The position numbers and the translations under genes were made by a program. A model generated the notes under the pieces. It saw nothing but the letters and a program-made list of their open reading frames with translations. It had not been told where the DNA came from and made no database searches. Positions 22,990-36,949 of a stretch of 45,585 nt of DNA are shown here, piece after piece. Source of the DNA: Acanthaster planci (taxonomy: Eukaryota); contig NW_019091360.1 in assembly GCF_001949145.1 (NCBI RefSeq), positions 1,039,858-1,085,442 of the forward strand, in the 5' to 3' direction. The stretch's first letter is position 1. Each line of letters opens with the position of its first letter.

Positions 22990-25900
22990 TGAGCAAGAAA
23001 CAGAATATTGCTTTGATTACCAGTAAGTAAATTGATGCAGTACTAAATTGTATTGAACACATTGTTTAATTAATGCACCAGTCTCTTTATGTGAATATCA
23101 TGTTTTCACCACCGTGGTGAAAATTTAGGACTGTCTTTCATATCAATTGGAGAAAGTTTTATTTTGGCCCAGGTCTGCTCTGCTTGTGCGTGTACAAATA
23201 CAGAGCAGTGGGATTTGATGGAGTCAGCAGGGTCTGCAATTAAACAGCTGGTACCTACTTAGAGGGGTTCAGCAAAATACTTGAGGGAGGGTGTGGGTTT
23301 CCAGAAAGTGTACAGGCAGTATGGAATAGCTAACATTTCATCAAACCGCAAGAGTGCATGGACAGCATTGTGGTTCAGAATGTATCAGCCTGATTGGGAA
23401 GAGACAGATTGATGTATAGTCTAATGATACGAGATGGGGTAAACAGTAGTTCCCATAGAGAGATAGGAAAACTACACAACAAACTCTGTCGAGTGGAACC
23501 CACTCGCAGATTTAACCCTTTTTTCCTTGACAGTGAATTACTTTTTACTGGTATTTACAATACCTGTATGCCCGTAGGGTCTTCAAGTATGTAAAAGAGC
23601 ACATTCCATAACTCTTGAATATATTTCCAGCCATGTGAGAAAGATCCCCCCCAGTTGTTCTTTTGATGGTTACCGTTTTGGCCAAATTGCTTGCTCTCAT
23701 CCCGGTCAGGTTCTGTTGAGATGTAAACTCCATTGTCTGTGTACATGTAGGCCTACATGTCGAGACCACATTGTGTCTCCACTTCAGTCATTCATGGCAG
23801 GTGATACGCTGGGCCAGATGGCATTCTGGGTGAAGACCGGCTCGCCACTGCTGAACATGTTGGCAGGATGTGTGATTTGTAGATTAATTAATGGCCACAA
23901 ATATATCAATTTTTTTGTTTCCTCTCCGATCTGGATCGTACGTGTTCACAATGTTTGGATATCCTTTCGCTTCAGTGGGCTCAGTATTCTGGGGAAAAGA
24001 CCCCCCCAAAAATATGCGTAAGCATGTACAGTGTGTAATGTACAAATTATTGATTTCATTATTCATAAGGAAAAACCCTCATTCCTGCTTATCATTTCCA
24101 AGATGACAGCCTTGCTTGCTGCGTAGAATGACAGTTCCATGTGTATTTGATGAATGTCTGGAGAAATGGGGTTGTAAAATTGCACTAAACCTCTGCAGGT
24201 TTGCAGTTTGTCATCAATAAATTTTTCTAGCTGTTCAAAAGGCCTAGTTGTAGTGTTTAGCTGTGCTGGGAAGACTAACCGACAGACTGATTTGTGAACA
24301 TGTGCAGTCCCACTCAACAGAAGCATATCCTATACAGTAACCACCCATCAACAAATGGAAGAACTTTGAACAGTTGACCCTTAAGGCTAGTCACTCAGAG
24401 AGGCAGGCATAGGGGCTAGCTTTTCTTTCCTTTATAAGAAACAGTAACTGTGGTCACTTGTACAATTTGCCCAAACAGTCTTGCTTGTGACAAGTCAAAT
24501 CAAGGATTTAGTTTCTAATTTTAGAACGCACGAACAGGGAATTTAATGAGTTTTTCCAAAGCAGTTGATTTGGTGACTTACTTGAGAGCGTGGCATTGTT
24601 AGTACTGTTCATTTTTTTTCTGAGGCAAGGTTTTCTAAAGGGAAAGCTTTAAAGGCTCTGAACAGCTTTGTAGTAACTCTACCCCAAAAGAGCTGGACAG
24701 ATTTTCATCAAACTGATGTTTTTCGATGACAAAAATTGTCCCAAGCATTAAACATGCAGATGTGTGTGTATATTCCAGCTTGGCTGGAATGTGAAGAAAG
24801 AGGGAATTTTATTTCTGGAAATGAAAAATGAGGCGTGTATGCCTCGTAGATTGCATTTTTTGGAGATTTTGACAACAGTCATTTGAATTTGAAAAGTGAT
24901 TAAACAGATTACATTGTCAAGCTTCATTGTAGCTTTGCATGTACTGTAGAACACTGCTTGGTTTATAAGTGAAGGTATTTACATAGGCAGTAGAAAAGTA
25001 AACAAACTTACGGTTCATTCAGTCTTGTTACATGTACTGTCTTCCCACTTACTTATGTTCTTCCCTCAAAAGTTAATAAATCAGTGTGTAATGTCACTGA
25101 TATTAATGACGTTTTCCCTTGGACTTCCAAAGACCTACTGTTGCCTTCTAGTTCTAAGTGAACTATAAATACCCAACCATCTTTGGCCTGCTACTCCATC
25201 TTCATATGAAAAATCTCTAAATATTATCCAGTCAAAAATACCCTTGATACCGGTAGATTATCCGTGATACATGTTCATGTACATGTACGTTCCCACTGAG
25301 CAGTTCTACAGTGTACAGGTGCATTTTGCCAGTGGTCCACAATTTGTTAAGCCTCAGCATTCAGCAGGTTACTGCATCACTTGTTTCTTCCACCATGTTT
25401 ATTTGTCAAATCAAACTCGCAATAGTTGGCACTACATCCATTTTGGCCCGCTGAAAAGGTCAGTCTTTTTTTTCTTAAATGAGGCTGTGGACAAGAAAAA
25501 AAAATCTCCAAGCACCCTCACTCAAATAATAACAAAACAAAAAAAACATTTAACTTAACCTTATAAAACAGAAATGCAATACAGGTAGGAAATGGTCACT
25601 CAGGAAATTCAGCATCCAACCTGCCCATAAAACAATTTTTTCTTCTGGTGGTGCCAGTGACTCATGTAGAGTGGGAAAAAAGGCTTTGCAATTGGATGCA
25701 TACAAGGTGTACAAACCCCCCCAGTGAACAAATACAATGCACATGCGTTTGTCTGTTGACCATGTTTTACTGCACACTTCAGTGCTTTGAAAGATTGGAG
25801 TGTTTCAGCCACTGAATGCTGTAAATTGCCACTGAGTGAATCAATTGTAGTTATTAATGCATTCAATAAATCTGCGCTGGGATTGTAATGTGGATAGTTG

Positions 25901-26986
25901 GGGATGGGGGGAATGCTGTAAGGATGGCTGAAAAACAGTTTTAATGTATGTCTGGTATCAATTCTAGTGGAAGTGTAATTCTCTATGCATAAAAGCTTTT
26001 TAGTGTGAGACTTTGCATGGAGATCTCTGCCATTGTTGGTTCCACTGGTACTAGCTGTTGGCTTTACCGATCTTTTTTTATTAGTATGAGAAATGAGTAA
26101 TTACCTGTAATGACAACCACTGAACGATATGTAACAAAAACTCAAGTACTGGATGGGATGTCACAGTAGTCGCTTGGAGCCCCAGCCAGTTTTCTATTAC
26201 ATATTTTTTTCAGTTTTGCACAGAGATACTGGTACTGAAGAAGTGATATTGTAAAGCTCCTGCGGTCATGGGTGGCACCAGAATTTGTTGGGGGGGGGGA
26301 TTCACTACCAATAAAATGACAGACCATGAAGGCTGATAGGGGTCTAATTCCAAGGTCTTTTTTAGCAAATTGTTGGTATTCCTTCCCCTCTGTTTTGGTT
26401 TTGTTTCTGTCACATTTTCTCTTTTCGTTTCCCCTCTTTGTTTGTTTGTTTTTCTGGGTGAAGAGGGCTGTGGTGTGGAGTGGTGCTGCTGGTTTTGGTA
26501 ATTCTTGTGGAAGAGAAAAATCTAATATGAAAATAGTCCAGGTATTATAGGCGATATCATTATTTAGGACTTTTAAAAGTAACGGTGGTTAAGGTGTTGA
26601 AGTCGACACATATTGAGGCCTCAAGCAGTGAACCAAAGTGGACAGTATTGTGCGACATTATTCCAGGAAAGAAAATAAGGCATTTTTCTGTGGCAGTATG
26701 TGAAATGGGAAATGTTTCATCTGATGACAGAGTATTGGCATGGATTGCCAGCCCCACAGCCAGACCCTAAGAGCACCCTCAGGTCAACTCTCAAATAGTC
26801 ACATTGAATAATAAAACATGAAAAATACGGAGTGATAAAAAGATTAGGCAAAGCGATCGGCTTGCTTGCGTATTTCAGCAAGTATTGGTACTGTTGTACA
26901 TTGCACGACTCAAGTGTACATTTTGGCTGTACATATCGGTGTATACAGTACATGAATTGGTCTGATACTGACAGTCGTTAGACTAA

Positions 26987-27474
26987 AGGCCTGGTTTCCA
27001 TATGGTTGTTTGTAACACAGCCTGAATGCAAGACGTGAAGATGCAGACATGAATGGAAGACTCAAGCTTCACCTGAAACTCCTTGATTTTTCAGGAAAAT
27101 GTGCTTCTAGATTTACTGTACCGCCTCGTAATGCCAAACCTGTATTCCAGTTTCATGCATTTCATTGATGGTCCGCTATTTAGTTGATCAAAAGGTGTAA
27201 TGCTGTGTTTAAGCACTAAGAAGAATATTGGCAAGATTTGTGGAACTAAGCGAGAGAGACATCATTGCATGCCAGCATGCGTGTTTGTATGGGGATTCCA
27301 CGGCTACTCGACGCAGACAGTCGGCAAAGTTGGGCCAGGTTCATCTTTGCCGACTACATGTATCTGCATTGTTGGCGACACCGCCATTTAACATGTTTCC
27401 ATATGTCGGCGTTGCAGTTTGCGTCTTGATTGCATTGCTCTTTGCGTTTCCTATGTCGATATGGAAACCAGGCT
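26987..27474. mobile_element. PIF/Harbinger-type MITE
   Basis: TIRs AGGCCTGGTTTCCATAT / ATATGGAAACCAGGCT, TAA on both flanks (26984-26986, 27475-27477), internal palindrome 27313-27367. Confidence 0.8.
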
Positions 27475-27728
27475 TAAATTACATGTGCCAAGTGCTGTAA
27501 CAACATTAACATCATGGCTGAACATGACTTCAGTGTTGCTTGTCATTACATAACATTGTTTAGTACAGCAGATGCTCAGCGAAATCTTGAATCTTGCACA
27601 AATTTATCCAATTCCTTCCTGAGTTTATTTGCCTTTGAATGAAATCCCTTCCTTAGGATGATTAACTCAAGAGGGAGTAGAATAAAATTTGCCCAGCAGT
27701 TCAAGATTGCCCTGGGAAAAGACATTGT

Positions 27729-27830
27729 GGGTTCAAGTCCCACTAGAGTACAGTAACCTAATTTTGTCCCACCTACATGTAGTTTTTTGGTCACAGGTGC
27801 TCTGAATTAACAATGAGTATTCAGTTTTGA
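27729..27830 (+). mobile_element. Possible 5'-eroded tRNA-SINE fragment
   Basis: B-box GGGTTCAAGTCCC followed by ...ATTTTGTCCC, loosely like the sequence from 30432 onward. Confidence 0.3.
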
Positions 27831-30383
27831 AATGAACTACCAGTAATGTTTGTTGATGAAAGACAAACTCATGGGAATTACCATTTTTGTCATACAAAAT
27901 GTCATTGGGAGGTACATGTACATGTACATGTACATTGTACCAACTCAGTGAGTTCCAAAATAAACACAAAACTGTAAGACGGTGAAAACAAAGATCCCTT
28001 TATTTTTCACAGAACATAATTAGGGATCTGTGCAGAAGGATAATGTTTGTGTTATATGTAGTACAATATTTGTGAAGACACACAGACAGGTTAAATTGGA
28101 CATCAACACCAATGATGACACTGCTTGTCTTTGCACACTGCCAGAGAATTAGGGAAAAACCCTGTCACTTCCACAATCCTTGGCAGAAGATCAACTTTTC
28201 TTTTTCAGAAGTACAGTCAAGCTTCCACTCAGAACAGATGACAAGAAGTGAAACAAAAATAAACCAAAGAGGCTGTTTGGCGTCAGGTTCCTCATTTCAA
28301 GCATCAGGAGATTTCAATTTCCAAATCAGGTCACAAACAATTCTACAGTATCATTATATAGTATCATGGCTGAAAGAAGGACATTCAGGGAATTTTCTCT
28401 CCCAGCAGCTCTGGCAGCAGATAACTTGTTGTTTGCTGTATACCCTCTGGAGGAGCCTGTGAGCCCAATGATGAATACATGCAAAGAAATCATGTTTGTT
28501 GTCAAGGTTCTCAGCTATGATTTGGCCACAGGCTGATGACCAACACTTCAGCTGATGATAGTGGCTGTGACCTCTATGCTAGTCTTATAACTGGCTACTG
28601 GATGGGGAGAGGGTCACATCGGTCATTGTGTCTGTTACCAGCCATGCGTAGTGCATACTATTGTACACTGTGTTGTACATGTACTGTGTGTATGTACAAT
28701 ACTTTACACATGTACATGTACATGTACACAGGTACTCTCATGTTGGCCATTTGCAAACAGCACACAGGAGTTCATGCTGATCAAGGAGCCATTCACCAGA
28801 TGTCATTAAGTGTGTCCAAGGGCTGTCTATTGTCATTGATCATTGATTTCCAATGCCCCGGTAATAAAGGCTGTTAGGCTTAGCCAAATAGTGTGGCTCA
28901 AGTTATTGTCAAGTCCTTTAGCCATTTCTGTGTGGTCAGTGTGCAGTTGCTGACTTTGTGGAGGCATAATAAGATCACTGTTACTTGAGATCACATCTTA
29001 CCATGATATCGGTACATGTACAATGTACTGTACATGTTCCATTTTCCGAACTGCTTTTTCTGTCTGCAGTTTTATCGTAAACTATACAATTTTATATATG
29101 CGTTACATAATGCATGATGACATAAAAGCAATTTTTTTACTTAATCTGCAATGCATTATTTATATAACAAAACACAGTTCATCCATTCCTCTTGGTTGAG
29201 AGCTCATGATGTGGCTGGTCTAAAACAGTTGGCTAGAGGAGTTTTTGAAGAAAAAAGGAAGGATAAATGTGGAACAAGATGGTTAGAAATACATAATTTC
29301 TAAAAGTTGTTTGGGACTTTGTGACTCCAAAGGTATTCAGGAATGGACATAAATATGTGCTTTGCTGGCCTATCCTTTCAAGACTGGCTTAGGACTAGGA
29401 GACTGGATGCTGATAATGTCCTTTTCCTTTGGGTCCGACATCAATGTCCATACTCGTGATCTATCAAGCATACATCCCTGTATTTATTTGTTATTCCCAT
29501 ATCGGAGGGGAGGATCTCATCCCTTCTGTAGTTGCTGTCAGTATATTAAGCTGCATTTGAGCTCATTATCTTTGTTAACATGAGTATACTTCTTTGTACC
29601 TCAACATCATGGGCAGTGTATTGGATGGGAAAAAAAGGGATAGTGTCCTCCCCCCAGAAAAGATTAGAAATCAAAAGCGGAAAAAGAAAAAAAAAACACT
29701 TAAAAACCTTAAATTCACCCTTCACCCCCCCCCTCAGTGGGTTATTAGTTTGTTACTGACGAGTGATGTAACCCCCTAAAAATTCTTGGCAATGCCCAGG
29801 ACAGACAGCAGAAGTGACCTGGAGGTAGGCAAGAACATATCCTGTCAAGTTAGTTTACTCTTGCAAAATAGGGTTATTTTAATATGGTAGAGATGCAGAT
29901 GTACTTGGAATATACCTTAATCTGTTGCCCATTTGTAGACTGCAATCACAGAGTAATACACTTGCACCAGTTTTGTGTCAATATGAATATTGAGAGCATG
30001 CACGCCAGTGTAGCCTGTTAATATTCAGTCATGTGTCATTTCATTATGCCTGGCTGCAATAGCTGAGGAAGACTCTCTGGTCAGTGATGTTACTGGAAAG
30101 TTTCACAAAATTAGATACAGGTACCCAAGGTATGTATATTTTACATATCTGACAAAATTGCAAATGTGTTTTTAACACAAAAGGTTGCTGAGATGAAAGT
30201 TTTCAAATCGTCTATGAAGCTTAATACCATTTCAGCGTACCAGGAGCACATTTTGAAAGTACTGCGGCGGGACATTTTCCGTAGCAAAATCATCCAAATT
30301 ACATAGTTTTTGGTTTCCTTCATGCAAGATTTCCGCCATTCATAGTTAATGGTTATGGTTCTCGCGGCTGGTTGACCCCAACT

Positions 30384-30552
30384 GGCTGGGTGGTTGAGTG
30401 GTTGAGACACGTGCAGTAGTTAGGAGGTCGAGGGTTTGAGTCCCATCAGAACAAGCTTATAAATGAATTTGTCCCCGTATTCTTGGAAAGTCGTTGAGCA
30501 TAGAGTGCTACGTGAAATGGCATAGATGAATGGAAACCAAATATTTGATCTT
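30384..30552 (+). mobile_element. tRNA-derived SINE (second family), degenerate
   Basis: A-box-like TGGTTGAGTGG and B-box-like GGGTTTGAGTCCC at tRNA-like spacing, no intact cloverleaf. The 3' limit is approximate. Confidence 0.6.
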
Positions 30553-32119
30553 GAGATCAGTCAAGTCTTTGAACTGGAATGTGCACATGCATGCATAAAT
30601 ATGTAGACTAATTTTGGAACTTGAACTACTAATGTATGTAGAAGCCATTATGAAGCTGGTGACACATGCACATCAGGTGCCTCTCCCACCAGGATATTGT
30701 GATTTGCTAGTTTATTGCATGCGCACCTTAATGTTAGTAACATGCATGTGTCAGTGCTGCACTAGCTACATGTACATGTACCATGTGAACGAAAAATGGG
30801 GAACGCCAAAATATGAGTGATGATGGGGTTGACAAAATGGGTTTGACTTTGGTCATTTGAGTTGAGCAGTATGCATGCGCACCATGACAAGACCAATGGT
30901 TCAACTACTTAGTTGTTACTCAACCTGCTCAGGCTCCTTGGATCACGACACACACGTATTGATGCCTAGAGACAAAGAGGCCAAGCTACACGAACAGTGA
31001 ATGTGCCGTTACATTGTACATGTAGCTAGAAATTTACTATGTCATATGGCTAATGACCACATATGGGACCATTAGAAATGTCACATATGTAGGATACATT
31101 TATGCAGCTCAGAAAAGCTGGATGGTTATGTGGCCAGTTCTTGCCATTCTGTCAAAACTTACCGTATGTGCACATTTGCATGGAGCATATTGATTTAATG
31201 AAAACATTGATCACAGCATTTGGGATAAAATAGCCACGCAATAGTGTGATTTAATGACCTTTTTTTTTTTCTCCAAGCCACATATCCCAAACGTTTAATG
31301 TTTCTAACAGTCACTATTATCGGTTCTACATTCTGCCCAGAGGATGTGGATGCAGCGAGCAAGTGCACTGTAAAGGTGTGCCAAAGCCATGTGGGAATAT
31401 CCAAATTTGTTTCTTTTTATGGGGGGGGCAACTTGCTTTCTTTACTGGTTGAACTGACAGAGGGACGTGGAGTCTTTGGAGAGGTAGTTGGTGTCCTGTG
31501 TATGTAAAGTACTTGTAGTTGTTATTAAGTAGGTTTTTTCCTTCTTCCTGGTGAGCAAGAAAGGCCTCATATCCTAGATGTTTGGCAGTGAAGGCCAGGG
31601 GTCCCTTTAGTCAATAAAGGGTCAACAATTGGATTTCCTCCTTGCAAGTAGCAGGGGCCAGTTTTAGATTGCACCCCCAGAGCCTAGAGACCCAGGAGAG
31701 ATACATTGGGGATGAAGGTAACAAGATAGGGCAGTTCCGCTAACTGGCCAGAGAAAACACCAAGGACTCTCCAATTGGAAACACAGCCAGCATAGGTCAG
31801 GCCAATCAGGCATGCTTGATGGGCAGAAATGTGGTTAAAGAAGTTGCCTGATTGTTCTTCATGCTGCTAGACTTGACTTCAGTTGTGTCGGTCGAAAATG
31901 AACGCATTGTGATTTCCAAATAAAAGCATCAATCAGAATGACGGGAATTATCTTTTGAGGCATTGTACAGAATGCGTACATGGTACTTGGTACTCGTACA
32001 AAATGTTATACCAACTGAGGTGCAATACATGCATGTTGCATATGGAAAATAATGCTGTGAAATGAAGTTGCAATTTTGCAAAAAGAAATCACATTCACAA
32101 TTTACTAGGCGGGGAACAC

Positions 32120-32335
32120 TATCCCACTTGAGTGAAGATGCATGAAAATCTTGTCCCGCTTGTGTGAAAGTCTATCTTAACAATTCTTTCCCTGCTGTGC
32201 ATGCTTGTGAAAATTGTTTCCCTCTTGTGGGAAAATCTGTGAATATCTTTTCTCACTTTTGGAAAAGTTTTCCCCGTTTTGTGAAATGAAAATGACTTCC
32301 CAGGGGAGTGAAAAAGTGTGAAGAGAATTCCCCAC
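32120..32335. repeat. Degenerate tandem array of GTGAAAA...TTCCC...TTGTG units
   Basis: Recurrent TGAAAAT/GTGAAA and TTCCC/TTGTG motifs at irregular spacing. Confidence 0.45.
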
Positions 32336-35300
32336 TCCCAGGTTAATTATTGATGGCAATGCGTCGTCTTCTGTGTCTAGATGTATGGTATGCTGTCTAG
32401 CCAGGAGCACAAGTACATGTACAGTGTGTGTTTACAATATGCAATTTTGATCATGTGCTGATGTGTGTATTCTGCAATGTATGTACATTTAATTATTAGT
32501 TTTGATTGCCTTTTTGTGTGTACATGTATGCACCTACTGGCTCTTGTGTACATGTATGTTTCTGTGCATTCCTCTTTTGATGTGACATTGACCCTGAGTT
32601 TGAGTGCATGCATCCTAACTGGCATAGGATAGGAGAGACAGGCTGGTGGGCACACATGCTGAGCGTAAAGACATTACATTCCAACATAAATCGGTTGCGC
32701 ATGCTCACTGTCTGCGCTAAATGTATATAACCCTGCATGCGCATGTGGTGAGTTCCCGCCGAATGACCATCGTTAATTGCTGTGTAAAAACACGCCCTCT
32801 CTTGTTTCAGCAGATAGGTTTTGCAGATATGAAGTCCATAATTGGTTTTGTTGTAACTGTTGTATGTGTATATGTATATAGGACCTAATTTTAACCAATG
32901 GGAGCATGCAGTGTCCTCCCACTTGAATAATTGACTCAGTCTTATGAGTTTATCCGTTCCGACTTGAAGCACCCTGTCACTTGCAAATTAAGAAAGGTTG
33001 ATGAGAATAGTTTCGTTGAGGCACCCGGCTCACCCCAAGACTGTACATTCCTGTTCTGGTCGTACCCACTCAGTGAATCCCATGCCAACTACACAAAAAC
33101 TTGTGCGTGTACGGTGTGAAGGTACATTGTGTGTACCCTCCAAAGAATCTACCGTTGTTGTATACTGGTGGAATTGTGACATACCAGCATCTCTTCTCTA
33201 GTTCTAGCATGGAGCAAATCGGCTGAACAATGCCATCTGCAGTTGTATAATGTACCTGTAACGTTTCTGCCAAAGGACCTACACATGTACTTCCAAAGTG
33301 CATGTACTTCAATTTGTATGTATTTTGCACTTTACAGAGGCCCTCGGTTACTGTCCACCATGCAAGGACCAGTGATATTACACCACCAAGCCCAGAAGAG
33401 AAAGAATCTGAGTGTGCTTTGTTGCGTTAAATCTGCATGAATTTTGTATGTACTATATAGTACATGTAATTCAAGATGTGATATCTCTTTATATCTCAAC
33501 AAATTACATCACCAGTACAAGGTGGAATCAGTATTACAGTGCTCTGGTCCACTGTTCATTGTGGGTACATGTAATAAACTTGTGGAAACAGGACTGAGGA
33601 ATGCACAGGCACATGGATTAAAATGATAAGGACAGGATTGGATAGGTTGTTGAAGCCCTGTCAGCACTGAACTCTTTTGGGTCAAACTTATCAAGACTGT
33701 GGGTGCTTTTCCCATTTTAAGTCTAGTGTGTACATCCCAGGAAGTTTTCCTCTGTCATTTTTACTGGCCAACTTCTGCCCAGGAATAATTCTCGAGTCAC
33801 CTCCCGAGATGGAAAGTCCAGTGCAGACAGTGCAAGTTGGAAAATGCACGGAACGCAGCTCAGTAGACCATACATCTGGACCGAGCAAAACAGCATGCTG
33901 CACACAGGGAAACTATGCTTGCGTGTTGCACGTTTTCCCTTGGTGTACATGTGGCATGTGGTGAATATTTCCAGTACATTTATTCCTCCTTTGGTCTCAA
34001 TCTTTGGTGAAATTTTTCATACAGTTGGAAAATTAACTATTTTTAAGAGTGCACCATTTCCAGATGATAATGAGGAAGGTAACATTGTGTCTAAGGACCA
34101 ACACAAAGGCAGAAAGGTCACGCAAAGTGCCCTCATAAGTCATTGCATTCATGGCTCTGTTACTTCTCCTGTGTTGAAAGTCCAAAGCCTTGTTTGCACT
34201 GGACTTTTGTTTCCGAGGGTTTTACCGAGACGCTGGTCAAATAAAAAATAGTCAAATGTGACCGCCGTCTGCACTTCGACTTTCAACAGAAAATGACTTA
34301 GCCATTCAACTGACCATTTGACTGTTAGGAAAAGAGGGAAAAATTGAAATGCAGTGAGCCTCAATCACATCATCAATTACCCGACTTAGCACTTCTCTCT
34401 TTAGAACAGAAATGTCAACAAACAGAAGGTTGTTTGAGTTGTGTGGTTTGGGGGAGATCAAATTGGGCCCTAACTTTACTTTTTTTTCCCCACACACCTT
34501 TTTAATCTTTACAGTCCACTATAACCATGTTGAATATTAGTCCTAGAAACATAGGCAAAAATTACAGGTATGTTCACCAGTGCCCAGTGTGGGGATCTCA
34601 CTTCAAAGCCTGCGTGTACTACCATAGCTACATGTAAACTAGGAGGAAAAGTCACCCCTAAAACACATGCACAAGTGTATGGGAGTAGTGGCTTCCTGTT
34701 TCATGATTGCTTGCAATCATAACCAGTGCTGTTGTATGCAGCCCAGCTGTTTCTGGAAAAGGAAATGATTGGGATTGGTGAGGTCATGTGACGAAATGCT
34801 CTGAAAAGTTTCCCCATGACTTTCCTGTTCAGATTGGTTTATTACCCCCAGCGTGTTAAGCTTTTCAGTTCCCTTGCAACGAGGAAATCCTTTGGATAAA
34901 AATGTATCTAATGACGCCATCTCCCATGGGAATGCTTTCCCAGTTGTCTAAAAAGACAAGGAACATCAACTGGCCTTTAAATTCAAGTATTCTCTGACCC
35001 AAAATAATGTGGTAATGTGGCGGGGCAGGCTGAGGATCTCAATCCACTTCATAGCATTTGTCAGGAATCCGGGGATTCCTGATTCTTTTTATATTTGACC
35101 CATTTATATAATGGTCCACTTTGGATTGCAATAGTCTTGTCTGTGGATACCCTTTTGGTGTTAGAGACTAATCCAGCGACTGGGATGAGAAGCCATATCT
35201 GCAAACAGCCGTTTCTGCATGCATGTGTGAGCGTTACATTCCAAATGTGCATGGGCTCAAGTTTAAGGATGTGCATGTGAACGTGGTGCCGCTGCAGTAA

Positions 35301-36949
35301 AAGAATCACCTGTGATTAGTTAGTTCAATAAAGAGATTGACAGGGGTGTTGTACAGGCATCCTTCTTGTTGTGATGAGCAGTAATTAAGTGTCATGTTAT
35401 ACTCATGTTGGCACGAGTGTTCACTCATCAGGCCCAGCCGAGCGTGTTTGGTCCAGGGAAAATGTAGTTATCTGCCATCTCATGCGTATTTTGCATTGTA
35501 AACAGAAGCCCTTGGATTAGTGTAAATGGTGTTTAATCCTTTACAATTCCTACCTTTTGGTAACATATGCCACAAAGTAACTACGGTACTTCCATATGCA
35601 TGCACCTTGATGATTTACATTCTACAGTATTGTAGATATGCAGCCTGCTTTATGTATGTAGTTATTGACTTGATAGTCCGTACACCATGCATACATAGCA
35701 TATATACATGTACATGTTGTACATGCTACTTATTATGCACAAGTGTACACAAGTATTTCTATGGGGACATTAATGTTTTGAGGTACAATGTACATGTACC
35801 CAGTGTTGTGGATGCGTAAGTCTATGATAAATTAGTTGGTGCACACAATTTGCTTTGTGGAATGAATGACCTGTTTATAGTGTACGTGTACATGCATGCT
35901 CCTGTGAATAGCATACCATGTATGCCACAACTGAACAAATGGCTGGTGATAATTGAAGACTACAGTCTAGTGTAAAATGTAGCTACAGTATTGATTGGTG
36001 GGATATTGAACTGCCTTGTGAAAATATTGACAAGTTGTACCTACACCTATTTCCCAATTAAGTGGGGCCCTTATCCCTGTGGTCACAGGTATGCATGCCA
36101 TGTATACATTTACATGTACGTGCACCTGATCAGAAAGACAGTTTATATAGCCTGAGGTTCAGTTTTAGAGCCAACATGTAAACATTTTGCTGACTTTTTA
36201 GGGGCTGTTTATTTGTTTGGGTTTGAGGAAGCTGAAAATCATTTGTTCTCTTCTACAGCCGGCCATCAAGAGTGAGGAAGATTTCCTTTGAAAAGTTGAC
36301 GGATGTCAAAGGCGAACATTACATTTTGTAATTTTAAGGAAGAGGTTGAAGGTTGTATGATACTTCCTAGCATTACAGTGAATGTGGTATTAAAGCCTTT
36401 GATTTGTTTTCTGGGGGAAACAGTTGAGAAACTTGATGCTTGGCTCAAGGTTGCGGTGTAGGTTTCAGTTAAACTACACGTAAATGCCAAAAATGCCATC
36501 TGAAAATGGGAGGTATGAAATTAAAAAGAACGTTTAGGTTTTTTAAAAAAATACTAATTCAGTGTGCGGGTAAGTGTTCATTTGTTAAAAATAACACCAA
36601 GAGATGTTGGATGGCATTTGTTTCATATTAAATCAACAATACTTTACAAGGTGAAATGATGTTGTATTTGCATGAAAAAGTTAGTCTGTTGAACCTCCCG
36701 CATTTGCACCGCAGTAGACACAACTGTTCTTTGTTTCAAATTTTACGTTTTTCCCAAATTTTACATTTTTCCCAATTTTTTCTTCTAAAAATCTTTAGGG
36801 TTGTGTGGTAAAACAAGATAGGTCGGGAAGTAAAAACCATGACTTTATTTTTGGCGTTACCTGTAAATAATAGTACACAATCTACACATTCTAACTCGTA
36901 AAAATTGCAGATTTACGAGAAATCCTTCCTTGGAGGAAAGCCGCGCATT

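Noticed and set aside
30384..30450. tRNA gene
   Set aside because: A and B boxes only, no intact cloverleaf; better explained as a SINE head.
36241..36331. Acceptor TTCTCTTCTACAG|CCGGCC as the next UBE2E exon
   Set aside because: The in-phase translation SRPSRVRKISF... stops early and lacks AGPxGDN; acceptors at 10900 and 13219 fail likewise.
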